DNA of 32,000 nucleotides from Prochlorococcus marinus subsp. pastoris str. CCMP1986 (GCF_000011465.1 NC_005072.1:330001-362000); one strand, 5' to 3'; positions 18,968 to 28,217 are shown, counted from the stretch's first letter. Translations and numbers: made by a program. Notes: generated by a model not told the origin, from the sequence alone.

Positions 18968-19357
18968 ATGCCTAGTTTTGGATCAGACACTCCATTTATG
19001 CTTCTTGCAAAATTAAAGATTAAGGAAGATAAAGTTGCCGAATATTTAGAAATTGCTGATAAGACAGATAAGGCTGTTGAAGCAGACGAACCAGGAATGC
19101 TTCATCATACTTTTGATCAAGATCCAGACGATCCACTTTGTTTTGTATGGTCAGAAGTTTATAAAAACGATGATGCTTTACTTGCACATTTAGCTAATCC
19201 AGCAGTAGGTGAATATCTTGAAGCTCATGCTGAGTTAGGGACTGATTTTTCTGTTGAATTTTACGGGACTGTGGGAGATAAAGTGATTGAAGCTATGAAA
19301 GGAACTGGGGTTCCTTTTAAAGTCTTCAAAACACAATTCGGTTATAGCAGGTTTTAA
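18968..19357 (+). CDS. antibiotic biosynthesis monooxygenase (ABM)-like protein
   Basis: AKLKIKEDKVAEYLEIADKTDKAVEADEPGMLHHTF...ALLAHLANPAVGEYL. Confidence 0.8.
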   Translation: MPSFGSDTPFMLLAKLKIKEDKVAEYLEIADKTDKAVEADEPGMLHHTFDQDPDDPLCFVWSEVYKNDDALLAHLANPAVGEYLEAHAELGTDFSVEFYGTVGDKVIEAMKGTGVPFKVFKTQFGYSRF

Positions 19358-19382
19358 GGTTAGTGAAATAGCTAATTATTTA

Positions 19383-19691
19383 TTACGCCGCTGTTTCTAT
19401 CTGATCTGTAACTGCAACGAACTCTTCATCAGTAAGAACAGGTGTTACTTCTATTTCATTTCCAAAGCCAGCACTCCAAGGCTGACACCACTGCCAAATT
19501 TTTGAATGGTCAGAAGCTTGAACTATTGCCCAACCATTAGCTCCCTGAGGATTTAAAACTCTATTTAAAACTTTGAATCCTTCGAAACTGTCATAGGGAG
19601 ATCCCTCTTTTACATAATCAGTAAATGTTTTGGTTGCTTTCATTGAAGCTTCCATTGATGGGAACTGCCATTGAACTATGTATGTTTGCAT
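19383..19691 (-). CDS. DUF3303-like small alpha/beta barrel protein
   Basis: MQTYIVQWQFPSMEASMKATKTFTDYVKEGSPYDSFEGFKVLNRV...PVLTDEEF. Confidence 0.6.
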   Translation of the reverse strand: MQTYIVQWQFPSMEASMKATKTFTDYVKEGSPYDSFEGFKVLNRVLNPQGANGWAIVQASDHSKIWQWCQPWSAGFGNEIEVTPVLTDEEFVAVTDQIETAA

Positions 19692-19838
19692 AAAGTTTTT
19701 ATTGATTAGTTAACTAATTATGAACAAAATTTTTTAAAAGAAAATTGAAAGTTAAATAACGAATACCAAAATACAGACAGCTATGTTTAACAGCAAGCCT
19801 AAAGTTTGAGAATTAAATTTTATCTCTAATTTGCATGA

Positions 19839-19958
19839 CTAAAGGATCAAAAAGAATCTTAGTCCTAGTGGCAACCACAAACATAGAAGAAGCATAAGTA
19901 ATAAAGAAATAGCATGGACATTTGGAATGTACCGCTCTTTAAAAATTTGTGTCTTCAT
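19839..19958 (-). CDS. tiny single-TM ORF (39 aa)
   Basis: MKTQIFKERYIPNVHAISLLLMLLLCLWLPLGLRFFLIL*. Confidence 0.4.
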   Translation of the reverse strand: MKTQIFKERYIPNVHAISLLLMLLLCLWLPLGLRFFLIL

Positions 19959-19961
19959 AAT

Positions 19962-20051
19962 CTATCTGGCTTTCCTAAGTTTGATTTCTCTTCTGACAAG
20001 TAAACCTAAAACTACAACACACATATTTATTAGAAAAACATCTAATGGCAT
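19962..20051 (-). CDS. tiny single-TM ORF (29 aa)
   Basis: MPLDVFLINMCVVVLGLLVRREIKLRKAR*, 3 nt upstream of the 39-aa ORF. Confidence 0.4.
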   Translation of the reverse strand: MPLDVFLINMCVVVLGLLVRREIKLRKAR

Positions 20052-20135
20052 TAAATAAAAAAAAGTATCTACTTAATTAATAGCAAGAATATTGGTATAT
20101 GAATCAAGAAAGAATCACTAAAATACTTAGACTAC

Positions 20136-20273
20136 TTATTCAGATTCTTTATGAAGTCTCTGAAAGAAACCTTCTCTTCTCCAATAATCTTCATATATAA
20201 GGTTTCTTTTTTGATAATCTAATGCGTTCATATTCTTGTCGAGTATGGCAAAAGGAGAATTAGTAAATTTCAT
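20136..20273 (-). CDS. small hypothetical protein (45 aa)
   Basis: MKFTNSPFAILDKNMNALDYQKRNLIYEDYWRREGFFQRLHKESE*. Confidence 0.4.
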   Translation of the reverse strand: MKFTNSPFAILDKNMNALDYQKRNLIYEDYWRREGFFQRLHKESE

Positions 20274-20324
20274 AGTAAATCCTAAAATAATTGTTTATTA
20301 AATATCTATTAGATATGAGATCTT

Positions 20325-20426
20325 TTATCTCGAATAACTAGATCCTCTATAAGTAAGCTTTATTGTCTTCTCTTCTTGGCTCTTGCAATATACAAATGAC
20401 TTGCCATTAAAATACATGTTTACCAT
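20325..20426 (-). CDS. small protein with DUF4278-like C-terminus
   Basis: MVNMYFNGKSFVYCKSQEEKTIKLTYRGSSYSR*; (K)LTYRGxSY resembles DUF4278. Confidence 0.4.
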   Translation of the reverse strand: MVNMYFNGKSFVYCKSQEEKTIKLTYRGSSYSR

Positions 20427-20588
20427 GATGCAGCTCCTGAACTTGCTCAAGTCCCCGTCCTTTGGCTTGAGTCGTACTGCGGTCTATCTAGTGGTAGATC
20501 GGACGATTTGGTAGCTGTAGCTACACTTTATTTATAGAGTATTTGTACTCAATTGTCAATATATTTAGTTAAATTCAATATTCGGAGA

Positions 20589-20732
20589 TTAAGCAGATTC
20601 GGTTAATTTGTTCTTCATATCTTCAATTTTATTAATTAATTCATCTAACCATTTTGTATTATTTTCTGATCTTTCTTTTAAATATGAAATTTTTGGTTGA
20701 TTCATTTCATGTGTCTCGAAATCTCCGCTCAT
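20589..20732 (-). CDS. small hypothetical protein (47 aa)
   Basis: MSGDFETHEMNQPKISYLKERSENNTKWLDELINKIEDMKNKLTESA*. Confidence 0.4.
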   Translation of the reverse strand: MSGDFETHEMNQPKISYLKERSENNTKWLDELINKIEDMKNKLTESA

Positions 20733-20802
20733 AAAATTTTTCCTTTTCTAAATTTTTTTATGTGATTAGTGAATTAATCAGCATCAATAATTAAATAAAT
20801 AA

Positions 20803-20988
20803 TTAGATAGAAATCCTGTCGATCATCAATACATCTTGGGTTTGTATTGTATCTCTCTTATTTTCATCCTCAGAATCTTTATAAGAATCGATTTCAGCTT
20901 GAACTCTTCTCTTATAAACTCCTTTTATGTAATCCAGTTCTCTTCTTTCTTTATTTAAAATTGAGAATGGTGAGGTTTTTAAGTTCAT
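20803..20988 (-). CDS. small charged hypothetical protein
   Basis: ORF track, 61 aa. Confidence 0.4.
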   Translation of the reverse strand: MNLKTSPFSILNKERRELDYIKGVYKRRVQAEIDSYKDSEDENKRDTIQTQDVLMIDRISI

Positions 20989-21017
20989 TAATAGCTCCTT
21001 TAAAATAATTTTGAATT

Positions 21018-21155
21018 AACACCAGTTTTTATCAGATTCAATAAAAATATCTATAGTTTGCTGATTTCTGGTTTCTTCCTCTAGAAGTTCTTCTTCTGAT
21101 CTTTTTTGAATCTCGGAGTCATAAACTTCTTTTTTTGTTGGTGTGGTAGACATTT
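21018..21155 (-). CDS. small hypothetical protein (45 aa)
   Basis: MSTTPTKKEVYDSEIQKRSEEELLEEETRNQQTIDIFIESDKNWC*. Confidence 0.4.
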
Positions 21156-21525
21156 TGTTATGACAACTACTCATATGTTCTAACTAAATAGATAAGTAAT
21201 ACGATTAATAAAGATGTTCGGTTTGAGGTACTCCAATATACGGATAGAGGATCAACAATTAAATTTCAAAATGGTTAAAATTGGCAAGGTTTAAATAGAA
21301 TAAGATAAAATATTTACTATTTACGAGGTACCTAAATAAGTATTAATTCGCAGGTTTAATCATAATTGGGATTCACTTCTTAGCAATATTTTTCATTCGT
21401 AAACAATATTTTTTTTGAGTTTGTTATGTAAGTAATCAAATTTAAAACAAAATTTGGAGGTAAATCTAAAGGCTTTAAAGTAGTAAAACCATTCCTTGAG
21501 TTACATTAAAACCTTTATGTTCCAA

Positions 21526-21660
21526 TTAGCTAGGAAGTTGGTGTGTAGGTGGTGCATGAAATTTTCTCTTTTTTCTTTTTGATCTCTTGTAAATAACAAA
21601 AAGACCTAATCCTAATAAAGGAAATAATAAACCCTCTACAAATAAGGGAAAGTTAATCAT
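21526..21660 (-). CDS. small single-TM protein (44 aa)
   Basis: MINFPLFVEGLLFPLLGLGLFVIYKRSKRKKRKFHAPPTHQLPS*. Confidence 0.45.
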   Translation of the reverse strand: MINFPLFVEGLLFPLLGLGLFVIYKRSKRKKRKFHAPPTHQLPS

Positions 21661-21741
21661 AATCGTTACCCCTATGTAATCGTTATGGAATTATTTAGCC
21701 CAAAGTAACACTTTAATTATTATCGGTCGATCACTTGGGTC

Positions 21742-21846
21742 TCATGATTCAATTTTATGAGACCTTTTCCCTTTAAGAATCATCAATAAAGGCAAACCTA
21801 AAATCATCAGACCCCCATCTATCATTAAAAAAGTATTCAAACTCAT
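21742..21846 (-). CDS. tiny membrane protein of duplicated cassette, copy 1 gene 2
   Basis: MSLNTFLMIDGGLMILGLPLLMILKGKRSHKIES*; paralog of 31850..31945. Confidence 0.65.
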   Translation of the reverse strand: MSLNTFLMIDGGLMILGLPLLMILKGKRSHKIES

Positions 21847-21855
21847 TTATTTATT

Positions 21856-22020
21856 TCATCTAAGTGGTATTCCTTTTTTTACGGTGTCTTTTTTCATATC
21901 GTCCATCTCTTCCATGATTTTGTTGTAAAAGGCTAGCTCTTCAGGATCCTTAGAACCGAGTCCATATTTCAATGTTGCAGCAAGATATATTCTGTGCTTT
22001 CGATATGAAGATAATGCCAT
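21856..22020 (-). CDS. small protein of duplicated cassette, copy 1 gene 1
   Basis: MALSSYRKHRIYLAATLKYGLGSKDPEELAFYNKIMEEMDDMKKDTVKKGIPLR*; paralog of 31662..31853. Confidence 0.7.
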   Translation of the reverse strand: MALSSYRKHRIYLAATLKYGLGSKDPEELAFYNKIMEEMDDMKKDTVKKGIPLR

Positions 22021-22194
22021 AGACGACCTTAATTACTAAATCATATCTAACTTCTTTGTACGTTATATGTATCTCCCTTACCAAGGGGAGTAGTTGCTAG
22101 ATATAAGATAGTTATAGCAGTTATTTATAGCGAAAAATATATTAGATATTACTAAAATAGTGCAAAAACTAGTGCATAATAAGGTTAATCTGTT

Positions 22195-22527
22195 GTGCTT
22201 ATGCAAAAAAGAGCATCAAAATTAGAAACGGATTTCAGGATTAGAGAAGCTGCTGATCTTGTCATTGAAGGTCTAGCTTTTAGTTCAATTACGTCCTATA
22301 TGTCCAAAAAATATACCATTAGCAGAAGACAGGCTAGAAGGATAGCTGTTGATGCGTATAAAGTTATTAGAACTGATATCGAGGAAAGTGATTTAGATAG
22401 AAAAGAGATGACATCTAAATTAGTTTGTTTACTTGAGAATACAATGCACTTAGCGATGAAGGAAAAGCAATATTCTGCAGTTGCTACAAATGCGAGAGTA
22501 TTGATGAGGCTTATTAGGCTTGAATAG
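22195..22527 (+). CDS. small putative HTH protein
   Basis: EAADLVIEGLAFSSITSYMSKKYTISRRQARRIAVDAY helix-turn-helix-like segment. Confidence 0.45.
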   Translation: MLMQKRASKLETDFRIREAADLVIEGLAFSSITSYMSKKYTISRRQARRIAVDAYKVIRTDIEESDLDRKEMTSKLVCLLENTMHLAMKEKQYSAVATNARVLMRLIRLE

Positions 22528-22906
22528 TTATTTTGTATTTCTTAAATGGGATACTATGAGATTTTGTTAAATGTTTTAACAATAAATTTATAATTATTTT
22601 TTTATTTTTCTTTTACTAATGATTAATAATTTTTTTTCAACATAAAAAAATATTGATAATAATTAGATTCTTAAATTAATTCAAATTAAATATTTATAAT
22701 TTAATAATTAATATGCATTCAATTAATAATTTATACTAAATATAAATTTATTTAATTAAAGAAATAATCTCTTCTTGTCCAGTTGAAAACTATATTTCTA
22801 GGTCTTATTTAGATTAAAAAAATATTTCACAAAATTATAAATGAAAATGATTATTATTTTTAAAGCTAATTTATTTTGAAAACTAAATTATTAAATCTAA
22901 GAAAAA

Positions 22907-22922
22907 TGTATTTGTTAATACA
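22907..22922. promoter_or_regulatory. NtcA binding site upstream of cynA
   Basis: TGTATTTGTTAATACA, exact GTA-N8-TAC, ~50 bp before the cynA start. Confidence 0.8.
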
Positions 22923-22971
22923 ACACAAGTGAAATTTAAAATAAATACTGGAGCTGTTATTAAATATTTAA

Positions 22972-24660
22972 TTGATGCTTAATCCAGTAAATAATTCTAC
23001 TAAAAAGTATAATTTTAAATGTGGTCCCTCATCTGCAGATAATTCAGATCAGTTCCAAGATAATTCTCAAAATTCATTAAATAATCTTTTAAATCCAGCT
23101 AATAATCATGGATATTTGTGTGCATGCGTTGAATGCAGACCAATAGGTAATGATCATGAAAACTTCATGTCAGATATGCCGGACGATCCAGTAGAGATAA
23201 TATCTGATTTTTCTCGCATGGGTCTTATCAAAAATCAGGCTTACGAAGTAGCTGATGCCATTTCTACTGCAGAAATGCGAGATCTTTTATTCTACAAAAA
23301 TGCATCTAATGGTGATCCTTATAAAGAGAAATTATTAAGAGAATTAGCTAAAGAGGCTGGTGGATTAGATCAAGCATTTAGAGCTGCCTTTGGACCTCAA
23401 GCAGGTAAGTTTTTTGCAAATACAAGGGCTTCATCTCCTATGGGTAGGAGAGCTTTTTTATCGAGTCTTGCAGCAGGTGCAGCTTTAATTACAGTAGCTT
23501 GTTCTAATCAAAATAAACCTACAAAACAACCTATTGATGATACACCGATAAATATTAATAACTTAGAAAAACAAACTTTACGAGTTGGTTTTATCCCAAT
23601 AACATGTGCTTCGCCAATCATTATGGCAGAACCAATGGGCTTTTATAACAAGTTTGGAATGGATGTCAAAGTTGTTAAAATGCCAAGCTGGGGAGCTGTA
23701 AGAGATTCTGCCATAGCAGGTGAATTAGATGCTTACCATATGCTAGCTCCGATGCCAATTTCTATGACTCTTGGTCTAGGAACTTCACCATTTAGCGTAA
23801 AACTAGCAAGTATTGAAAATATTAATGGTCAAGCAATTACTGTTGCTAATCGTCATAAAGGCAAAGTAAAAGGACCTGCGGATATGAAAGGCTTCATTTT
23901 TGGAGTCCCTTTCCCTTATTCAATGCATAATCTTCTTTTGAGATATTATCTTGCAAAAGGTGGTGTTGATCCAGATAAAGACGTTCAAATTCGTCCTGTT
24001 CCACCCCCAGATAGTATTGCTCAATTAGTTGCAGGTGATATTGATGCTTACTTAATGCCTGATCCATTTAACCAAAGAGCCGTTTATGAAGATGCAGGAT
24101 TCATTCATCTTCTTACAAAAGAATTATGGCCTGGTCATCCATGCTGTGCATTTGCAGCAGGAGAGCCTTGGATAAATGAGCACCCTGAAACTTTTAGAGC
24201 GCTCAATAAATCAATTATCGATGCGGCAGCCTATGTTTCAACACCTTCAAATAGAAAGGAGGTAGCTAAGGCTATTTCGGGAAGAGGTTTTTTAAATCAA
24301 CCTACTGAAGTTGTTGAAGCAGTTCTTACAGGTAAATTTGAAGACGGATTAGGTAAAACTCAAAACGTGCCTGACCGAATTGATTTTAAACCTTATCCTT
24401 GGCAGAGTTTTTCTCATTGGATACAATCTCAGCTTATAAGATGGGATCTAGGAGGGGCTGTAGCGGCTATTCAGGCTGGTGATTTTAACCCAAATAGTGC
24501 CTCTATTTTTCTAACTGATGAAGCTCAGGCATTAGAAAGAGAAATGGGAGGTAATCCACCTACCGCTAGGTTTAGAAAAGAAGTTTTGGCTTATGATGAA
24601 TTTGATCCAAGTAATCCAATCAAATATGTCAAAGATCAAATAAAAAGAGACGGTTTCTAA
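22972..24660 (+). CDS. cynA: cyanate/nitrate-type ABC transporter substrate-binding protein
   Basis: NrtA/CynA-type: RVGFIPITCASPIIMAEPMGFYNKFGMDVKVVKMPSWGAVRD; internal Tat-like MGRRAFLSSLAAGAALITVAC; first gene of operon ending in cynS. Confidence 0.88.
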   Translation: MMLNPVNNSTKKYNFKCGPSSADNSDQFQDNSQNSLNNLLNPANNHGYLCACVECRPIGNDHENFMSDMPDDPVEIISDFSRMGLIKNQAYEVADAISTAEMRDLLFYKNASNGDPYKEKLLRELAKEAGGLDQAFRAAFGPQAGKFFANTRASSPMGRRAFLSSLAAGAALITVACSNQNKPTKQPIDDTPININNLEKQTLRVGFIPITCASPIIMAEPMGFYNKFGMDVKVVKMPSWGAVRDSAIAGELDAYHMLAPMPISMTLGLGTSPFSVKLASIENINGQAITVANRHKGKVKGPADMKGFIFGVPFPYSMHNLLLRYYLAKGGVDPDKDVQIRPVPPPDSIAQLVAGDIDAYLMPDPFNQRAVYEDAGFIHLLTKELWPGHPCCAFAAGEPWINEHPETFRALNKSIIDAAAYVSTPSNRKEVAKAISGRGFLNQPTEVVEAVLTGKFEDGLGKTQNVPDRIDFKPYPWQSFSHWIQSQLIRWDLGGAVAAIQAGDFNPNSASIFLTDEAQALEREMGGNPPTARFRKEVLAYDEFDPSNPIKYVKDQIKRDGF

Positions 24661-24690
24661 TTTAAAAATTTTAATAAAAAAATAACTTAA

Positions 24691-25473
24691 ATGAATAAGG
24701 TTATTTCCAAAAGACTTACTTTTGTAGTTACTATTTTCAGTCTTTTAATTTTCATAATTATCTGGCAAATAATTGCTCAACAGGGTTTGTTAGTTAAAAA
24801 TTTTCCAGGCTCATTTAAAACTATAAATGCTTTGATTTGGTGGGTATCTGATCCGTTTTTTGATAATGGCCCAAATGATTTAGGGATTGGATTTAATTTA
24901 CTCATAAGTTTGAGAAGAGTTTTAATTGGCTATAGTCTTGCCGTTTTAGTAGCTATTCCATTAGGTGTATTAATGGGGATGTCTAAATTGGCTCAATCAT
25001 CTCTCAATCCATATGTTCAACTACTTAAACCAGTTTCTCCATTAGCTTGGCTACCTGTAGGACTATTTGTTTTTAGAAATTCAGAAATCACCGGTATTTT
25101 TGTTATTTTTATTACTAGTATTTGGCCTACTTTAATAAATACTGCTTTTGGTGTTGCAAGCATTAATCCTGATTATTTAAGAGTATCTAAATCCTTAGGC
25201 GCAAGTAAATCAATAACTATTAGAAGAGTTATTTTGCCAGCAATTATGCCAAATATTTTGGCAGGCATGAGAATTTCTATGGGAACGGCATGGCTTGTGA
25301 TTGTAGCTGCTGAAATGTTGTTGGGAACTGGAATTGGTTATTTTATTTGGAACGAATGGAATAATTTATCTCTCGAAAATATATTTGTAGCAATCATTAT
25401 CATTGGATTTACCGGTTTTATTTTAGATCAATTTTTTGGTTTTCTTCAAGATAAGTTCGATTACAGTATTTAG
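24691..25473 (+). CDS. cynB: cyanate ABC transporter permease
   Basis: NrtB-like: LAWLPVGLFVFRNSEITGIFVIFITSIWPTLINTAFG. Confidence 0.9.
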   Translation: MNKVISKRLTFVVTIFSLLIFIIIWQIIAQQGLLVKNFPGSFKTINALIWWVSDPFFDNGPNDLGIGFNLLISLRRVLIGYSLAVLVAIPLGVLMGMSKLAQSSLNPYVQLLKPVSPLAWLPVGLFVFRNSEITGIFVIFITSIWPTLINTAFGVASINPDYLRVSKSLGASKSITIRRVILPAIMPNILAGMRISMGTAWLVIVAAEMLLGTGIGYFIWNEWNNLSLENIFVAIIIIGFTGFILDQFFGFLQDKFDYSI

Positions 25474-25489
25474 TTCGATAACTTTTATT

Positions 25490-26344
25490 ATGCAAAAAAA
25501 TTCAAATTCAAAAAAAAATTCAACTCATCTAGAACTGGCTAAACTAGGAAAAATTTTTTTCAAAGAAAAAAAATTTTTTGATTTCTATTCAAAACATAAA
25601 AAGAGTTCATTTGAGGCAATTAAGAATATTAATTTAAAAATAGAAAAAAATACATTTGTTTCGATAATTGGCCCTTCTGGTTGTGGTAAATCAACTTTAT
25701 TAAATTTAATAGCGGGCTTACAAGCTCCAACATCAGGAAAAATTATTATTGATGGGTTGGCAATAAAAGGGCCGGGTCCAGATAGAGGTGTTATTTTTCA
25801 AAATTATGCTCTAATGCCATGGTTGACAACTATTCAGAATATTGAGTTTGCACTTAATACTGTTTTCCCAGAAAAAACAAAACCTGATATTAAAGAAAGA
25901 GCTATAAATTATCTCAGAATGGTGGGTTTAGAAAAAGCTTCAAATAAATTCCCAAAGGAGTTGTCAGGAGGGATGAAACAAAGAGTTGCAATAGCAAGAG
26001 CTCTTTCTATAAATCCAAATATGTTATTGATGGATGAACCATTTGGTGCTCTTGATGCATTAACTAGATCCTATTTACAAGAAGAATTATTGTCTATTTG
26101 GCGAAAAAATAAAGTAACAGTCGTTTTAATTACTCATAGTATTGAAGAAGCTTTACTCTTGTCAGACAAAATTATCTTGATGTCAAGTGGACCATCTGCA
26201 ACAATTTCTGAGGAAATTTCAGTTGATTTGGACAGACCACGTGATAGGCAAAATATAGAACAAGACCCTAAATATTTAAAAATAAAAATGCGTCTTGAGA
26301 AGCATTTATTAAGAGAAACAAGAGCAGTAGAAGAGGTGACTTAG
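25490..26344 (+). CDS. cynD: cyanate ABC transporter ATPase; start set at MQKNSNSKK
   Basis: Walker [18 protein letters not shown], Walker [12 protein letters not shown]. Confidence 0.92.
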   Translation: MQKNSNSKKNSTHLELAKLGKIFFKEKKFFDFYSKHKKSSFEAIKNINLKIEKNTFVSIIGPSGCGKSTLLNLIAGLQAPTSGKIIIDGLAIKGPGPDRGVIFQNYALMPWLTTIQNIEFALNTVFPEKTKPDIKERAINYLRMVGLEKASNKFPKELSGGMKQRVAIARALSINPNMLLMDEPFGALDALTRSYLQEELLSIWRKNKVTVVLITHSIEEALLLSDKIILMSSGPSATISEEISVDLDRPRDRQNIEQDPKYLKIKMRLEKHLLRETRAVEEVT

Positions 26345-26376
26345 CTTCTCCTACTAAAAAAAAATTAAAATTTATC

Positions 26377-26820
26377 ATGACTTTACCATCATTAACTAAA
26401 TTATTATTAAAAGCAAAAAAGGAAAAAAATCTATCATTTGAAGATTTAGGAAATTTAATTAATCGAGATGAAGTTTGGGTAGCAAGTCTTTTCTACGGTC
26501 AAGCCACTGCTTCAGAAGAGGAAGCTACTTCTTTGATAGCCGCACTAGACTTGACCTCAGATTTAAAAGAAGATTTATCAACTCCTCCAGTTAAAGGATG
26601 TTTAGACCCTGTTATTCCTACGGATCCTCTTATCTATAGATTTTATGAAATAATGCAAGTTTATGGACTCCCAATGAAAGATGTTATTCAAGAAAAATTT
26701 GGAGATGGCATTATGAGTGCAATTGACTTTTCTATTGAAGTTGACAAGGTCGAAGACCCAAAGGGAGATAGGGTTCTAGTTAAAATGTGTGGGAAATTCT
26801 TACCCTATAAAAAATGGTAG
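26377..26820 (+). CDS. cynS: cyanate hydratase (cyanase)
   Basis: [38 protein letters not shown]...[11 protein letters not shown]. Confidence 0.95.
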   Translation: MTLPSLTKLLLKAKKEKNLSFEDLGNLINRDEVWVASLFYGQATASEEEATSLIAALDLTSDLKEDLSTPPVKGCLDPVIPTDPLIYRFYEIMQVYGLPMKDVIQEKFGDGIMSAIDFSIEVDKVEDPKGDRVLVKMCGKFLPYKKW

Positions 26821-26904
26821 TTGAATTGATTTAATGATTTCTTAATTCAAGAATATATAAAATACTTTGTAAATTAGAATCTTTATTATCAATAAATTTT
26901 TTAA

Positions 26905-27096
26905 TTAATCATCATTCTCATTTAACTGTAAGGTTTTATTGATTTCACTCTCAAATTCTTTAGAAGCAGTTTGTATTCCTTTTAAAGTTTTACCTATAGT
27001 CTTACCAAGTTGAGGCAGACGTTTAGGACCAAAGATAAGTAAACCTAGAATTAAAATTACAATTATTTCTGGTAAACCAATTCCAAATATATTCAT
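26905..27096 (-). CDS. tatA: second TatA/B-like protein
   Basis: MNIFGIGLPEIIVILILGLLIFGPKRLPQLGKTIGKTLKGIQ. Confidence 0.85.
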   Translation of the reverse strand: MNIFGIGLPEIIVILILGLLIFGPKRLPQLGKTIGKTLKGIQTASKEFESEINKTLQLNENDD

Positions 27097-27195
27097 TAGA
27101 AATTTATAATTGATTATTATGTTAGAAAAATTTCAATTTTTATAAAGTAATCAAAGTAACAAATGATAATTTTTATTTAATCCGAATTTTTTAAT

Positions 27196-27519
27196 ATGGA
27201 ACGAAGTTGGGATCCTTATTATAAGTATTTTAAAGAATTTGATTTTAATCTTTTTGAAATATTTTTACATAAAGAATTTCAAAAAGAAATTCTTGATTTA
27301 GGTTATCTAGAGCAAAATGAAATCAATCAATTTGTTCTTAATCCTGGTCAGTTTTGCGTTGTAAATGGTGTGATAAAGATAGTTCACGATTTGCCAATAT
27401 TTTTAAATGATAAAAAATTTAAAGACAATTTGAATATAGAAAAATGGAAACTTGATTCTTACAATCTTCTATCAATTGATATTAAATGGGTAAAGGAGTC
27501 CTCCATAAAAATAATCTAA
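27196..27519 (+). CDS. hypothetical protein
   Basis: ORF track, 107 aa. Confidence 0.5.
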   Translation: MERSWDPYYKYFKEFDFNLFEIFLHKEFQKEILDLGYLEQNEINQFVLNPGQFCVVNGVIKIVHDLPIFLNDKKFKDNLNIEKWKLDSYNLLSIDIKWVKESSIKII

Positions 27520-27534
27520 GTTGATTCTTAAAGA

Positions 27535-27903
27535 TTAAAATTTAAGTTTTGTTTTTACTCTATTTTTATTTTCAGAATTAAATTTAAAAAGTCCCGAATC
27601 AGTAAATATAGTCAATTCATCGCCATATGATTTCTGGATAGATAAACCTTCAGATTCTAAATTTTTAACAAATACATTTCCAACTAGTTTTAAAGTTTTC
27701 GCATCTTTGTCGTAAGTAAGCTTATTTGAGGAGGCTTCAAAATTATTGTTAGTACTTTTGATAATTACATTTCCAATAGCTTCAAAATTGCCTTTAATAC
27801 TTTGTATTTGAGAATCAGATGTAACCGTGTAATTCAGTTTCTCTTGTGCAAATGAAATTTCAGTGAAAAGAAATAGCACTGCTGAAAGTAGTGAGAGTTT
27901 CAT
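27535..27903 (-). CDS. LptA/OstA-like periplasmic protein
   Basis: Signal peptide; GNVIIKSTNNNFEASSNKLTYDKDAKTLKLVGNVFVK repeat-like beta pattern. Confidence 0.65.
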   Translation of the reverse strand: MKLSLLSAVLFLFTEISFAQEKLNYTVTSDSQIQSIKGNFEAIGNVIIKSTNNNFEASSNKLTYDKDAKTLKLVGNVFVKNLESEGLSIQKSYGDELTIFTDSGLFKFNSENKNRVKTKLKF

Positions 27904-28167
27904 TCACTCAATAAGTTCAAGATTATAAACAGTATCAACACAGTTGTTATCAATATCCCATTGTTTTAATTCTGGTTGTTCAAGCATGGAACCAAACTTT
28001 TCCAAATCAGAACAGCTCATAAGAATCATTGCTTTATGTTCATTAACTTTGATTATCTCCAGCTCAGAACAAAAAACGTATCCTTGTTCTTTATCTACTT
28101 TTTTAACCATTGCTTCAAATTCAGAGAAAGGGCAACCAAATGTCGAGACAACTAAAGTATTAGGCAT
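27904..28167 (-). CDS. small protein, possible ferredoxin-like/alpha-beta barrel fold
   Basis: ORF track, 87 aa; preceded by the 16-mer motif. Confidence 0.5.
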   Translation of the reverse strand: MPNTLVVSTFGCPFSEFEAMVKKVDKEQGYVFCSELEIIKVNEHKAMILMSCSDLEKFGSMLEQPELKQWDIDNNCVDTVYNLELIE

Positions 28168-28169
28168 AG

Positions 28170-28190
28170 AAAAAGGAGCTAGTTGCTCCT
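28170..28190 (-). terminator. terminator/attenuator-like hairpin directly upstream of the start at 28167
   Basis: Minus strand AGGAGC-AACTA-GCTCCTTTTT. Confidence 0.5.
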
Positions 28191-28195
28191 TATTT

Positions 28196-28211
28196 TAGAT
28201 CGACTGTCAAT
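28196..28211 (-). repeat. conserved 16-mer motif, copy 2
   Basis: Minus strand ATTGACAGTCGATCTA exact. Confidence 0.9.
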
Positions 28212-28217
28212 CACTTT

